A DNA stretch of 64,000 nt, from positions 77,934,001-77,998,000 of the forward strand of contig NC_073377.1 of assembly GCF_028641065.1 (NCBI RefSeq), in the 5' to 3' direction. The DNA comes from Leucoraja erinacea (Eukaryota). A program made the position numbers and the translations under genes. The notes under the pieces are model-generated. The model was not told where the DNA came from and did not search any database. It saw only the letters and a program-made list of their open reading frames with translations. Positions 22,043 through 35,659 of this stretch are shown piece by piece (within the stretch, counting starts at the first letter, position 1; every line of letters begins with the position of its first letter).

Positions 22043-23355
22043 GAAACAAGCCCTTCGGCCCACCAAATTCTCGCTAACAAGCATTCGCCCCATACACTAG
22101 CACTATCCTATACCATATAACCATATAACCATATAACAATTACAGCACGGAAACAGGCCATCTCGGCCCTTCTAGTCCGTGCCGAACACGTATTCTCCAC
22201 TACGCTACACACTAGGGACAATTTACAATTGAAAGCCAATTTAGCTACAAACCTGTTCAAGAAGCAACTGCAGATGCTGGAAGATCGAAGGTACACAAAA
22301 TTGCTGGAGAAACTCAGCGGATGCAGCAGCATCTATGGAGCGAAGAAAATAGGCGACGTTTCAGGCCAAAACCCTTCTTCAGACTGATGGGGGGTGGGAG
22401 GGGAGAAGGTAGGAAAAAGGGGAGGAGGAGGAGCCCGAGGGCGGGGGGATGGGAGGAGACAGCTCGAGGGTTAAGGAAGGCGAGGAGACAGCAAGGGCTA
22501 GCAAAATTGGGAGAATTCAACATTCATGCCATCAGGATGCAAGCTGCCCAGGCGGAATATGAGGTGCTGTTCCTCCAATTTCCGGTGTTGCTCACTCTGG
22601 CAATGGAGGAGACCCAGGACAGAGAGGTCGGATTGGGAATGGGAGGGGGAGTTGAAGTGATGAGCCACCGGGAGTTCAGGTAGGTTATTGCGGACTGAGC
22701 GGAGGTGTTCGGCGAAACGATCGCCCAACCGCAGCTTAGTCTCCCCGATGTAAATCAGCTGACATCTAGAGCAGCGGATGCAGTAGATGAAGTTGGAGGA
22801 GATACAGGTGAATCTTTGTCGCACCTGGAACGACTGCTTGGGACCTTGAATGGAGTCGAGGGGGGAGGTGAAGGGACAGGTGTTGCATTTCTTGCGGTTG
22901 CAACGGAAAGTGCCCGGGGAGGGGGTGGTATGGGAGGGAAGGGAAGAATTGACAAGGGAGTTGCGGAGGGAGCGGTCTTTGCGGAAGGCAGACATGGGGG
23001 GAGATGGGAAGATGTGTCAAGTGGTGGGGTCACGTTGGAGAGGGCGGAAATGGCGGAGGATTATGTGTTGTATTTGCCGGCTGGTGGGGTGAAAGGTGAG
23101 GACCAGGGGGATTCTGCCCTTGTTGCGAGTGAATGGATGGGGAGAGAGAGCAGTGTTGCGAGGTATGGATGAGACCCTGGTGCGAGCCTCATCTATGGTG
23201 TCCGATGCCCTGGTATGGAATTAGCTACAAACCTGTCTGCCTCTGGAGCTTGGGAGGAAACTGGAGCACCTGGAGAAAACCCATGCAGTCATAGGAGAGT
23301 GTACAAACTTCATACAGGTAGCACACATGGTTAGGACTGAACCCGGGTCTGTGGT
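22043..23355 (-). mobile_element. HE1-like SINE body (tail at 16424-16445) interrupted by Gypsy, a CR1 tail (about 22110-22198) and Penelope
   Basis: The SINE sequence resumes after each insertion; the (ccatataa)n CR1-type tail is visible. Confidence 0.8.
22257..23220 (-). mobile_element. Penelope-like element 3' part with GIY-YIG endonuclease and pseudo-LTR
   Basis: ORF 22498-22995 CNRKKCNTC..NFIYCIRCSRCQLIYIGET..RFAEH; 16-bp TSD ttagctacaaacctgt at 22241 and 23221. Confidence 0.92.
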
Positions 23356-23824
23356 GCCCTATCTCTGCATCACATGCAAGACTGAGGAACACCATTGCAT
23401 CTTCCATCTGGACACAATGATTTCTCCATCTGTTTCAGGGATTTTCAGTTCAGGTGAAGGGCCTTTGACCTAAAATATTACCTAATTTTCTCTTCCCAGA
23501 GAAATGGATTGACCTGCTGAGTACATATAATTTTCTCTTTTATTTTAGATTTCTAGTATCTGCATTTTTAAATATACTTTCTTCAGCTTCATATTGTTCA
23601 CTGAATTGTGTAAAAGTGTAATTCACTAAGTGTACCCATGATTTAATAAGGATATTTACTTTGTTTTGTGTAATATACAAATTTAAACTACCTTTGTAGC
23701 TTAAGTCTTGCAGCTTGTAAATAAATCATGCCTGATTCTTCAATCAAATTAACACCTAGGCTCATGGTGTTTATCATTTTTTAATGTATGAATGGTGCAG
23801 CAATGTCAGGCTGAAAGGTAATGC

Positions 23825-24250
23825 AGTTTGACAGCACTGGGCCTCTACTTGCTGGAGTTCAGAAGATTAAGGGGGGACCTCATTGAAACTTACAGAATAA
23901 TGAAAGGCATAGAGAGTGGATATGGAAAAGTTCCACTGGTGGGAGAGTCTAGGACCAGAGGTCGTAGCCTCAGAATTAAAGGGTGCTCTATTAAAAAGGA
24001 GGTGAGGTGGAGCCTCTTTAGTCATAGTCTGTGAATCTGTGAAACTCATTGCCACAGAGGGCTGTGGAGGCCGTCAATGGATTTTTTTAAGGCAGAGATA
24101 GACAAATTCTTGATTAGAACGGGTGTCAAGGGTTATGGGGAGAAGGCAGGAAAATGGAATTAGGAGGCAGCGATCAGCCATGATTGAATGGAGGAGTAGG
24201 CTCGATGGGCCGAATAGTCTAATTCTACTACTATACCTTAACTTGTGAAC
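23825..24250 (+). mobile_element. CR1 LINE 3' end
   Basis: LGLYLLEFRRLRGDLIETYRIMKG followed by a CR1 tail. Confidence 0.9.
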
Positions 24251-24628
24251 TTACAATGGGAATGCCCGAAAGTCATTGTCCAATTTGTACCACCCTGCTA
24301 TTCATTATACTGCGATTGTCACCCTGGTTATTCTGTATCAGTTAATTCTTACCCTAATTGAGGTTAAAGAACCCATTACTATTTACATTGAAGATGAGAA
24401 CATATGGGCAAAGTATTAGACAAGGAAAATAGAGACAGAAGGCTGTTTCCATAGTTGATGAGGCTCACTTCATCTATAAAATTGAACAAATGATGTTCAC
24501 CATACTCTGCCACATCTCTGCTGGGAGATTTTCAGAATCGCTTCCCAATGAACAAGAACAGTTTAAGATTCTTTGCTGCAAAGAGTTTATTTGGATAATT
24601 GCTTTAACGCTGTTGATCTCCTTTGAAA

Positions 24629-25504
24629 TACCACCAGAGGCGCCGTATGATGGCAGCCTCTGCCTACAGCCTGTCTGTTTTTTCATCGTCTTGATATTTT
24701 TAGTCTGTTTAAAAGTATGTTTTTGGAGGTTTTTTTAGTCATTTTGTGGGGGAGATGGGGAGGGTAAGGGGGGAACCGTTTCTCAGTCACTTCCCGGTCG
24801 AGGATGCGACTATTCTCCGAGTCGCGTCTTCGCCCCCCCCCCCACACCCCCCACCCCCTGCCTTGCGGCCTACCATCTGGATTGGAGCGGCCTTTTCTGC
24901 CAGAGACCGGCCCGAGTTTCAGCAGCGGCGCAGCACTGCTTTACCATCGCGCAGCTTGGGGGCGTAGCATTACCGGGGATCGCCATGTTGAAAGCTCCGG
25001 AGTGTTGGGCCTACTGCTTTGACATTCTGGAGCTGTGGTTGCGGAGTTTCTAGCCGCGGGTGGTGCTGGCTTTAACATCGTGGAGTCCTGGGATCCCTTT
25101 GCCGAGGGCTACCAGTGTTGAATCTCCGCCCAGCTCGGCCTGTAGACTTCAGGGGTCGCAGTCTCCGGTAAGAAGTGGCCAATTCGGAAACTCCAAGCCG
25201 CTGAGAATGTTTTTCCGTTCCGACACCGGATTTCCAATCATCCCGGTGAGAGGGCGTGAACATCAGGCCACTGTAGCGGCAACTGCGGAGGGCTCAGAAG
25301 GCCCCGACCATGGGTGGACAAAGAGGAAGATGACTGAACTTTATTGCCTTCCCTCACAGAGGGAAACGTTGATTCCACTGTGTGGGGATGTTCATGTTAA
25401 ATTCTATCGTGTGTTGTGTCTTTTTATTCGTATGGCTGTATGGTAACTCAAATTTCACTGTTCCACTTGGTGCTTGTGAAAATAAATGTAAACTTGAACT
25501 TGAA
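24629..25504 (+). mobile_element. Family X element, full length, diverged subfamily
   Basis: Same architecture; hairpin at 24800-24831; tail aaatttcactg..gtgaaaataaa then (acttga)n. Confidence 0.75.
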
Positions 25505-26004
25505 TTATCAGAAGCCTCAATGAAAATTGATTATTAAAGAGAGTTTCATTAAAAAAAAAATCACAAAGTCGATTGGGCTAAAGTAATGTCCTTCAAACAT
25601 CAGGTGAGTGCAGTAAGGTTCCACAGTTTTCTCATTTGTCTATATGTGGTTGCTGGCAGATTCTCACTAGCACACTCCACCTCACCCATCTTTTGTGAGA
25701 TGCTTTGCACCTGTTCCTCACTCACTATATCTGTTTCCTTCCACTTGGGTGCATCAGAACTGGAGCTACACCGCGCAATGTGTTGGGAGTGAGCAAAGGT
25801 TGATTGGTGTTCGGGGAGTCTGGGTGATGAGGAATAGTGGGAATAGTTTGAAAGTTTATCGTAGTTGCAAACATGGAATTACAGTAGGAAAACCTTTGCT
25901 AGAAGTCACGTATTGTTTCAGTCCAAAGATGGTCACTGGTCAGGAATGGGTGCGCTGATGATGATCTGGTTCTTCCCAAAGATGGCACGATAACTGTGAA
26001 TTAT

Positions 26005-26345
26005 TTAGTCAGTCTCTTCCTCAGAAGGCAGTGGAGGCCAATTCTCTGGATGCTTTCAAGAGAGAGTTAGAGAGAGCTCTGAAAGATAACAGAGTCAGGG
26101 GATATGGCAAGAAGGCAGGAACGGGGTACTGATTGTGGATGATCAGCCATGATCATATTGAATGGCGGTGCTGGCTCGAAGGGCCGAATGGCCTACTCCT
26201 GCACCTATTGTCTATTGTCTTGGCCAATGTGTTACCATGCCGATCCTGGTTTATTTAGCAGAAGAAGGGTCTCAACCTGAAACATCACCTATTCCAGAGA
26301 TGCTGCCAATCCCGCTGAGTTACTCCAACATTTTGTGTATATCTT
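26005..26345 (+). mobile_element. CR1 3' tail followed by a Penelope pseudo-LTR relic
   Basis: CR1 tail with (tctattg)n; gaagaagggtctcaacctgaaacatcacc. Confidence 0.8.
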
Positions 26346-26891
26346 CAGTGTAATTGTATGTGCCAGCGCAATGGGATTGGAACTTGTGCAACTACTGTAT
26401 TGACATTAACATTTTGTAGTGTAAATGTTTAAATTTTATCAAACGCCTAGTTTTTTGATTGCAGTTCCTTCCTACACTGGTTTATTTACCATTGATTTAC
26501 AATTCTGAGGGTTTGTAAGTTGGTGCTCGATGCCAGTTCTCTCATGCTGCATTTTGTCTCTATTATGGCTTGGTATCTTGTTGAGGATTTTCTCAGCCGA
26601 TTTTCACCTTTGGTGTTTGCAGAAACTAATAATGCATTTTCGATTCGATTCTATTTGCTTTCTTTCAGGTTCTCTTGAAATATGTCAAAATAGTAGCCTC
26701 GCCAGGTGATGGGCAACATCCAGAATTAAGCAGTATTGCTTTGTTTCCTTAGTTGCTGTCATCCCAGCTTCTAGCTGCCTGTCTTCAGACAGGACTAGTT
26801 TAAAAAGCACTTCAGCTGATTACGCAAACAACTGATCCAAAAGTCGTGACGGAGCAGATGGAGAAATCCTTGTGTAGTCGGCACCCAGGGC

Positions 26892-26975
26892 CAGGGCCGG
26901 ATTTAGATGATGAGAGGCCCTAAGTTATTTCACTTGTGAGTCAGCTCCCCCCCCCTCCCCTCCCATTCCCCCATG
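26892..26975 (+). mobile_element. Left-end fragment of the hAT MITE family
   Basis: cagggccggatttagatga.gagaggccctaag matches 44218 onward. Confidence 0.75.
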
Positions 26976-26978
26976 ACT

Positions 26979-28810
26979 AGTCAAGCCAAGTTTATTCGTC
27001 ACATACACATACGAGATGTGCAGTGAAATGAAAAGTGGCAATGCTGGCGGATTGTGCAAAAACCCCCTACAAAACAGAATGGAACAATCACATATTCTTA
27101 TATTACATGTTTGTGGGAGGAAAAAAAACAAAACAAAAAAAACACCACACAACAGTAAATTGGTACAGCAAATTAGTCCCTGGTAAGATAGGAGTTTACA
27201 GTCCTAATGGCCTGTGGGAAGAAGCTCCTTCTCATCCTCTCCGTTTTCACTGCATGGCAATGGAGGAGTTTGCTAACCGTAGCAGCTGGAACAGTCTGTT
27301 GCTGGGGTGGAAGGGGTCCCCCTTGATCTTGTTGGCCATGGATTTGCACCTTCTAATGTATAGTTCCTGCAGGGAGGCGAGTGAAGTTCCCATAGTGCAT
27401 TCAGCCGAACGCACTACTCTCTGCAGAACCTTCTTGTCCTGGGCAGGGCAGTTCCCAAACCAAATTGTGATGTTTCTGGACAAGATGCTTTCCACAGCCA
27501 CTGAGTGGAAGCACTAGAGGATCCTCAGAGACACTCTGAATTTCCTCAATTGCCTGAGGTGGTAAAGGTGCTGCCTTGCCTTACTCATCACTGCGGCAGT
27601 GTGTGATGTCCATGTCAGATTCTCTGAGATGTGGACCCAGGTTTTTTTGCTCACCCTATCTACAGCATTCCCATTTATCTTCATTGGTGTGTATGTCCTC
27701 GGATGTTGTGCCCTCCTAAAGTCCACGATCAGCTCCTTATTTTTTTTGACATTCAAGAGGAGGCGGTTGTCTTGACGCCAGAGTGCCAGATCAGCCATCT
27801 CCTCCCGGTAGGCCTTCTCATTGTTATCTGAGATCAGGCCCACCACCACAGTGACATCAGCAAACTTGATTAGAGAGTTGGAGCTGAACCTAGCCACACA
27901 GTCATGTTTGTACAGGGAGTGCAATAGGGGGCTGAGGACACAACCCTGGGGGGATCATGTGCAAAGGGTGAGGGATTTTGATGTATTTCCTCCCATCTTG
28001 ACCACCTGGGGCCTAGCGGTGAGAAAGTCCAGGACCCAGGCACACAGGGGGGTGTTCAGACCCAATTCCAGCAGCTTGTCAGCCAGTCTGGTGGGGACTA
28101 TCGTGTTGAAGGCTGAACTGAAGTCTATGAACGGCATCCTCACATAGCCCCCCCCTTCTGGCTGTCAAGGTGAGAAAGAGCGGTGTGCAGAACCTCGGAA
28201 ACCGCATCATCCGTGGATCTGTTTGGACGGTATGCGAATTGTAGCGGGTCCATGTTGCGAGGAAGGCGCAGATGTGGTTCTTGACCAGCCTCTCAAAGCA
28301 TTTCATGACTACTGAGGTGAGGGCCGCTGGATGGTAGTCATTCAGGCAGGCTGGGGAGGCATTTTTTGGTACAGGTACAATGTTGTATCTTTTGAAGCAG
28401 GCAGGGACCACGGACTTGGCCAGGGAGATGTTGAATATTGTAGTGAGCACCGGAGCTAGCTGCGTAGCACAAGACTTAAATACTCGCCCCGATTTGCCAT
28501 CTGGGACCTACAGCTTTCCTCGTGTTCACCAATGATAGGTGCTCAGACAATGAGAATGTGTGCACATCCCCAGCGATGGACCTCCCTTCAGCTTCATTAG
28601 CCAGCACGCTGGTGGTGCTGTCGTTAGCCGGCAAACCTGGGGTGATGTGGCCCGACTCAAAACGAGGGTAGAGGAGTTCAGGTCATCAGTTAGGGAGATG
28701 CCAGCACTTCCGGTTGAGGGGGGGGGGCTATTCCGGTAGTTGGTTACAGTCCGTAGCCCCTGCCACAGGCGTCTGCTGTCCTGCTGCTCCATCTGTGACT
28801 CCATCTGAGG
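26979..28810 (-). mobile_element. Rex1/Babar-like LINE, degenerate RT region and 3' tail
   Basis: [40 protein letters not shown] and AVESILSRNITIWFGN in frameshifted ORFs. Confidence 0.9.
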
Positions 28811-28889
28811 ATCATGACTACCTGACAGGGACAGTGTAACACTTTTAGATCCTACTGTCATTAAACAGTTGGTTTTAAAATACATATTG

Positions 28890-29140
28890 GATTCACCGCG
28901 GAGCTGGCGATGCCTTACCTGGATCGCCGTTTGAAGCTCTGGAGTGTTGGGCCTGCTGCTGTAACATCATGGGACTGTGGTTTGCGGATTTCAATATCGT
29001 AGTGCCCTGGGATCCCTTTGCCGAGGGCTGCCAGCTTGAATCTCTGCCCAGCTCAGCATGTGGACTTCGGGAGCCGCGATCTCCGGTAGGAAGTGGCTGA
29101 TTCGGAAGTCCAAGCCGCTGAGAATGTCCTCCCATTCCGA
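28890..29140 (+). mobile_element. Family X internal fragment
   Basis: Aligns with 24960-25230 (gggatccctttgccgagggct, ccaagccgctgagaatgt). Confidence 0.75.
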
Positions 29141-29149
29141 CGTTGGATG

Positions 29150-29455
29150 GTGACCCCCAAATTTAATTGTACCAATGGCCATGAGGGGGGTCCAAGAGGA
29201 GGGGGTCCGTTGGAGACGGGAAAAGGGATCATCAATGGAGGCGAGGACTCCTTTGTATGGGAAGGACGGTGTGAGGTGGAGGCGACAGAGAAGAGCTCCA
29301 AATCGCAGCGGGCACGGAACACATTGAGGCGGGGACGGAGGGGACAAAGGTGAGGCATCTGCTGAGGACAAACTGTTCAGTATCTGAGAGGGGGAGGTCA
29401 GGGGGGATGGTGAGTCGTTTCACATGACCGTAGTCAAGGAAACAGCAGCGTACCA
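29150..29455 (-). mobile_element. Penelope-like ORF N-terminal fragment
   Basis: TIPPDLPLSDTEQFVLSRCLTFVP motif, resembling Penelope N-termini. Confidence 0.6.
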
Positions 29456-29786
29456 ATAGTCCGATTATTGTAGTGGTATAGCAAAGACATCTCTGCTGTC
29501 CATTTTTGGTGTTTCATATATTTGTTCTTCTCCCCTCTCCCCCCCCCCCCCCCCCCCCCCCCCCCCCACCTTTCCCCCCCCTCCCAACTCCACCCCCGTC
29601 CCTCCGACCCCCTGGGAAACTAAAGGGAGCGACAATCAACTGCCACGGATACAAATAATGTCATATACCAGAAAGGGCAGATGCTGGTTGACAAAAAGTG
29701 AACACTCAGTGCTGGAGTAACACAAAGACGCAGCAGAATTTTGGAAACTTCATCCCGTCACCCATTCCTTCTCTCCAGAGATGCTG

Positions 29787-30089
29787 CCTATCCCATGCAT
29801 TAAAGAGTGCCCACAGTAGACTCACGAGTCACTACGGTAAACTCACGGGCTACTATGTTCTTACAACGAGTTTAAAAGTTTAAAATTTTTCTTCAAGAGT
29901 AAATTTGACTCGTGGAAATCTTTCGTCATGTTGAAAGATTTTCACGAGTTAACAAGTTTCCCGAGTACTTGCCGTTAGCGTTACGAGTTCCGACATTCCC
30001 GCTATGTTAATTCTACATGATTACCACGAGTTTGATTTGTTTTTAACTCGGGATCGCTCGTGCGTGGACTCGGACCATGAGACAGGGGT
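29787..30089. mobile_element. Harbinger-like MITE relic
   Basis: Right end ccatgagacaggggt followed by TTA; internal catgttgaaa motif shared with 56555-57218; CpG-rich. Confidence 0.55.
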
Positions 30090-30389
30090 TTAAGGAATCA
30101 CTCTGCTCGCTGAAATCCATGACTACAAATGCCAGTGCAAAACATGCATCACAGCCCCTTCAGTCACATTTGCTGTTACTGTACAATGTAAACTACTAAT
30201 GGGAAGGATCTTCATTGAAAAGATAATGGCAGATTTATAAATACTACATAACTACAAGGTTTCTGACTACCAGGACACAAATTAAGTAATATCTTGTGAT
30301 GCTTTGATCATGGTGGTAGTTGCATGGTTTTATTTAAGGAGCGTTCTCAACATACTTCATGTTTGCTTCCTGTTTGCCAGCCAGTTCTC

Positions 30390-31510
30390 TATTCATGTGG
30401 ATAGAGAACTGGCTGGCAAACAGGAAGCAAAGAGTAGGAGTAAACGGGTCCTTTTCACAATGGCAGGCAGTGACTAGTGGGGTACCCCAAGGCTCAGTAC
30501 TGGGACCCCAGCTATTTACAATATATATTAATGATCTGGATGAGGGAATTGAAGGCAATATCTCCAAGTTTGCGGATGACACTAAGCTGGGGGGCAGTGT
30601 TAGCTGTGAGGAGGATGCTAGGAGACTGCAGGGTGACTTGGATAGGCTGGGTGAGTGGGCAAATGTTTGGCAGATGCAGTATAATGTGGGTAAATGTGAG
30701 GTTATCCATTTTGGTGGCAAAAACAGGAAAGCAGACTATTATCTAAATGGTGGCCGATTGGGAAAGGGGGAGATGCAGCGAGACCTGGGTGTCATAGTAC
30801 ACCAGTCATTGAAGGTAGGCATGCAGGTGCAGCAGGCAGTAAAGAAAGCGAATGGTATGTTAGCTTTCATTGCAAAAGGATTTGAGTATAGGAGCAGAGA
30901 GGTTCTACTGCAGTTGTACAGGGTCTTGGTGAGACGACACCTGGAGTATTGCGTACAGTTTTGGTCTCCAAATCTGAGGAAGGACATTATTGCCATAGAG
31001 GGAGTGCAGAGACGGTTCACCAGACTGATTCCTGGGATGTCAGGACTGTCTTATGAAGAAAGACTGGATAGACTTGTTTTATACTCTCTAGAATTTAGGA
31101 GATTGAGAGGGGATCTTATAGAAACTTACAAAATTCTTAAGGGGTTAGACAGGCTAGATGCAGGAATGTTGTTCCCGATGTTGGGGAAGTCCAGGACAAG
31201 GGGTCACAGCTTGAGGATAAGGGGGAAATCCTTTAAAACCGAGATGAGAGGAACTTTTTTCACACAGAGAGTGGTGAATCTCTGGAACTCTCTGCCACAG
31301 AGGGTAGTTGAGGCCAGTTCACTGGCTATTTTTTAGAGGGAGTTAGATGTGGCCCTTGTGGCTAAGGGGATCAGGGGGTATGGAGAGAAGGCAGGTACGG
31401 GATACTGAGTTGGATGATCAGCCATGATCATATTAAATGGCGGTGCAGGCTCGAAGGGCCGAATGGCCTACTCCTGCACCTAATTTCTATGTTTCTATGT
31501 TTCTATGTTT
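30390..31510 (+). mobile_element. CR1/HER1-like LINE, 5'-truncated, with about 315 codons of open RT frame
   Basis: ORF 30359-31336 SGVPQGSVLGPQLFTIYINDL..KFADDTKL; (tttctatg)n tail. Confidence 0.95.
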
Positions 31511-32084
31511 CAACAGAAATAGTGGTATCTGCACGTTTGCCTTTGGGGTTATAAAATAATTCCTCATGGGTTTAGGCATTGAATGAAATAAATTGTTTAA
31601 AATATTAAATTTATTGTCTTTTTGATCCATGATTACCTCCCTGAGAATGATTGAAACACGCAAGCTGTTGTTAATCTTAAACATTCTGTGTTGAAGTACT
31701 TTATAGATTATTTTCTACTTCATCATCCATTTCAGTAGTAAGCACATCATGTTGACTCTAATTAACCCCCTGTGCTGCATTGTTTTGTTAATAATACAGC
31801 CAGTTTCCAATAATACACATTGACTACATCTGCACTGCTATTGAATTATGAATTTACCAAACATAACACGTTGTTCTCTAGTTAAATTTACATATTTCCT
31901 GGTACGTTTCACGTGGCTATTTCCTTTGAAATAGATTGTGAACAATATAAAAACTTAATACATTAACAATTAAAGATAAGATTCCTTGTTAACAACTATG
32001 ATTACCTCTCACTTTTGACACATTGAGTGAAATAATATGTAAAGTTACAGAACAAAGTCCAAAAATATGAAATAATATTCGTAG

Positions 32085-33110
32085 TGTGTAGGAAGGAATT
32101 GTCAAAAAGCTGGAGTAGCTCGGCGAGCTGGACAGTATCTCTGGAGAAACAGAATAGGTGACATTTCAGGTCGAGACCCTTCTTCAGACTGAGAGTCAGG
32201 TGAAACCACCAAGGGCGCTGGGGAGATGGCCAACCCTGCTGGCAGTCTGTTCGTTTTCTCATCTTTTAGTTATTTTAGTGTTTGTTAAAAGTTTGATTTA
32301 ATGTACTTCAGTTTGTTTTATGTGGGGGGGGGGGGAGAATTGGGGGAAACTTTTTTTTTCTGGTTCTTACCTTCCCGGAGATGTGATCATTTTTTGGATC
32401 ACATTCTACCATTGATGGAGCTGGTAGCCGCCTCGGACTGTCGTGAGCCCCACCGCGGGGCGTGAGCTTAACATCGGAGCGGATCCCTTGCCTGGGATCG
32501 CTCCCACCGCGGCCTGCGGACTTATCATCAAGGGTTCACAGTCTCAGGAGAGGCTCGTCGTGAATTCCAACACCACAGAATGTTCAACCAGCCCCGACGC
32601 GAGGTTTGATCGGCCCGGCGCGGGTAGCTGACAACCCCCCGATGCGGGAGCTGAACGCCTCGACGCGGAGGGCCCGAACGTCACCAGCTACGGGAGTCAA
32701 GATCATCCCATCAACGGGGGCTCGATGCCCCCGACCGAGGAAGAACACAAGGGAAGGACTTGACCTTTATTTTGCCATCCATCACAATGAGGAATGTATA
32801 GGAGTCACTGTGGTGGATGTTCATGTTAAAATGTGTTTTTGAGTCTGTTGCTTTGTAATTGTATGACTGACCTGGTCAGTGAAATTCCTTGTATGTTGCA
32901 AAACATACTTGCCGAATAAAATCTGATTCTGATTCTGATTCTGATTCTGAAAAGGGAAACGAGAGATATAGACAGTGATATAGAGAGATATAGAACAAAT
33001 GAATCAAAGATCTGAAGAAAAGAAAGAAACGATGATACAGGAAACATGCCATTGTTAGCAGTGGGCAAGGTGAAAAGGAGTGACCCGCTGAGTTACTCCA
33101 GCTTTTTGTG
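32085..33110. mobile_element. Penelope pseudo-LTR relic interrupted by a family X element (32207-32950, +)
   Basis: Penelope terminal motif on both sides; the insert has the family X architecture and an (attctg)n tail. Confidence 0.75.
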
Positions 33111-33889
33111 TTAAATAATATTCATAGATGGTATTTGTAGTCATCTTTTACCTGAAACTACATTCCTGAATGTTTGGAACCCAGGGAAATTAGTCCCGTG
33201 AAGAATATTCTCCTCATGCAACAGCTAAAGTATGTATTCATAACTGCTACATCATTATCCTTACAGATGATTTATCTGCATATCAAAGAACTGCAGATTC
33301 ACTGTAATAAAAATTGAAGATGATGGTTTATACCAAAAATAGACACAAAATGCTGGAGTAACTCAGCGGGTCAGGCAGCATCTCTGGAGAAAATGGATAG
33401 GTGATGTTCCGGGTTGGGACACTTATTCAGATTACCATTGTGACCATAAGAAGAAAAATACAACTCAGGCAATTAGAAAGGAAAGTGGAATAGAATCTTG
33501 AACATCGTACATGGAAGAACCAAGTCACATCGATAAGCTGGATGAAATATGTTAAGTCACAAACCTGCAACAAGAATGTTCACATGCCAAGTTCATTGAA
33601 GGCTGAGGTACTTTTTGGTAGGAGGTATCAGAACGATCATTCCAACTTCCATTCCAGTGTATCCTTCAATTTAGGAAATGAGGACATGACCTAAGCATTT
33701 AAAAGGCTTTCAGATGGGCACATCGATATGGAGGGAAATGGATCACATTTAGGCAGAGTTGATGAGTTTAACTTGGCATCATGTTTGGCATGGATATTGT
33801 TGAGCCAAAGGGCATGTTCCTATGCTGTTATATTGTTCTGTGTTCTATGTTAACATAGAGATACACAACACTGAAACACATTGAACTTT

Positions 33890-34380
33890 CAGTCCTGGGC
33901 TTCCTTCGTTGTCAGATTGAGGCCACATGCAAATTGGAGAAACAGCACCTCATATTTTGCTTGGGTAGCTAACAATCCAGCAGTTTGAACATTGAATTCT
34001 CTCATTTTAAGTAACATCTACTTCCACTCCCCTCCCCTCCCCTCCTCCCTTGTCTCTACCTCCACCCTGATTGTTTTACCAGTCCCATATTTCTCCATAT
34101 GTTTTCCCTCTTCAGATCACACCACTGCCAACACTGGGCTTACCAGGCCCCGCCTGAGGTAATTTGTGGCCCTAATTGGTCCTGGTTGTTTCTCGCCTCC
34201 AGCCCTACACAGCCACCAACCCACCCCCACGCTGACCCCCTCCCCTACTTTCAGGCTGTGGAAATGTCCCAACCCAAATTGTCACCCATCCTTTTCCTCC
34301 AGACATGCTGCCTGACACGCAGAGTTACTCCAGCACTTTGTCTCTATCATAGGTACAGACTAGCATCTGCAGTTTGTTTT
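33890..34380 (+). mobile_element. Old Penelope 3' end
   Basis: LGFLRCQIEATCKLEKQHLIFCLG..LNIEFSHF followed by a pseudo-LTR motif. Confidence 0.75.
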
Positions 34381-34907
34381 ACATTGATTACATGCCTGGT
34401 TTGAAGCATACCTTGCTTTATGAACCATACCTTATTAGCATCACCAAAATGCAGTGTTAATATTTTGGTGATCACATTATGATGACATGGCTGGTTTATT
34501 ATAATGTCATTGTCTGTACTGGTGCAAAGGCTATTTTTTTCACTCGATTAAAGAACATCATGCCAGATTTGTTTGTAGTCTTTGGACAGTCTGTCTAATC
34601 ATTTGTAGTAACAATTCTGAGTCCTGCTATGGCTCATTTGGTAAGGATATGACAAAAACAGAATAATTCTTCAGTTTTCACAAGCTTTACCATGAATGAT
34701 GGAGAGATAATTTGTACATGAAAAGTAAACAATTGACAATTGTAAATTAAATTTAATGCATTATAATTTGTTCCTTCCCTTTTTAAAATCTTGTAAATAT
34801 GATCCATCATTTGATAAAAATTAAAATTAGCTATTTGTTTGATTTTGTCAGGCAAAATACAATTATTTTCTTAAACATGATTTCCACTGAACCTGTAGGT
34901 TCCACTG

Positions 34908-35312
34908 TAGATTTACAAGGTTAATTCCCGGGATGGCGGGACTGTCATATGCTGAGAGAATGGAGCAGCTGGGCTTGTGCACTCTGGAGTTTAGAAGGAT
35001 GAGAGGGTTCCTCATTGAAACATATAAGATTGTTAAGGGCTTGGACACACTAGAGGCAGGAAACACGTTCCCAGTGTTGGGGAAGTCCAGAACCATGGGC
35101 CACAGTTTAAGAGTAAGGAGTAAGCTGTTTAGAACGGAGACGAGGAAACACTTTTTCTCACAGAGAGTGCTGAGTCTGTGGAATCCTCTGCCTCAGAGGG
35201 CAGTGGAGGCAGGTTCTCTGGATGCTTTCAAGAGAGAGCTAGATAGGGCTCTTAAAAATAGCGGAGTCAGGGGATATGGGGAGAAGGCAGGAACGGGGTA
35301 CTGATTGGGGAA
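34908..35312 (+). mobile_element. CR1 LINE 3' fragment
   Basis: ORF 34933-35304 GLSYAERMEQLGLCTLEFRRMRG. Confidence 0.9.
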
Positions 35313-35659
35313 TAGTACACCTAAAGTGTAAGTGAAATGAATTTGTCAGCAGCGGTACAATGAAAAAGAACACACAATTTAATATAAACTTCCACCACTG
35401 CATTCATCACAGTGAAGGCACAAAATTTGGCCAGTCATCCTCCATTTTCCCCTGTGGTCTGGACTGGATATGGACTGGACATTGGTGTCAGGAAAAGAAT
35501 GAGATTGTGGCGTCTGCTGTATGATAAACTTATTGTGGTGCCCTGACATGGCCATCTTGTTCCGTTCCTGCTCCCCCGATCTAGAACATCTGATGGCGAA
35601 GTGCCAATCAATCTACCTACTGAGTTAGTTCTCAACTTCACCATGACTGCAGTCTATAT

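Noticed and set aside
30359-31336. Domesticated reverse transcriptase gene
   Set aside because: 5'-truncated young CR1 copy; the start codon comes from flanking DNA, and a premature stop precedes the normal C-terminus.
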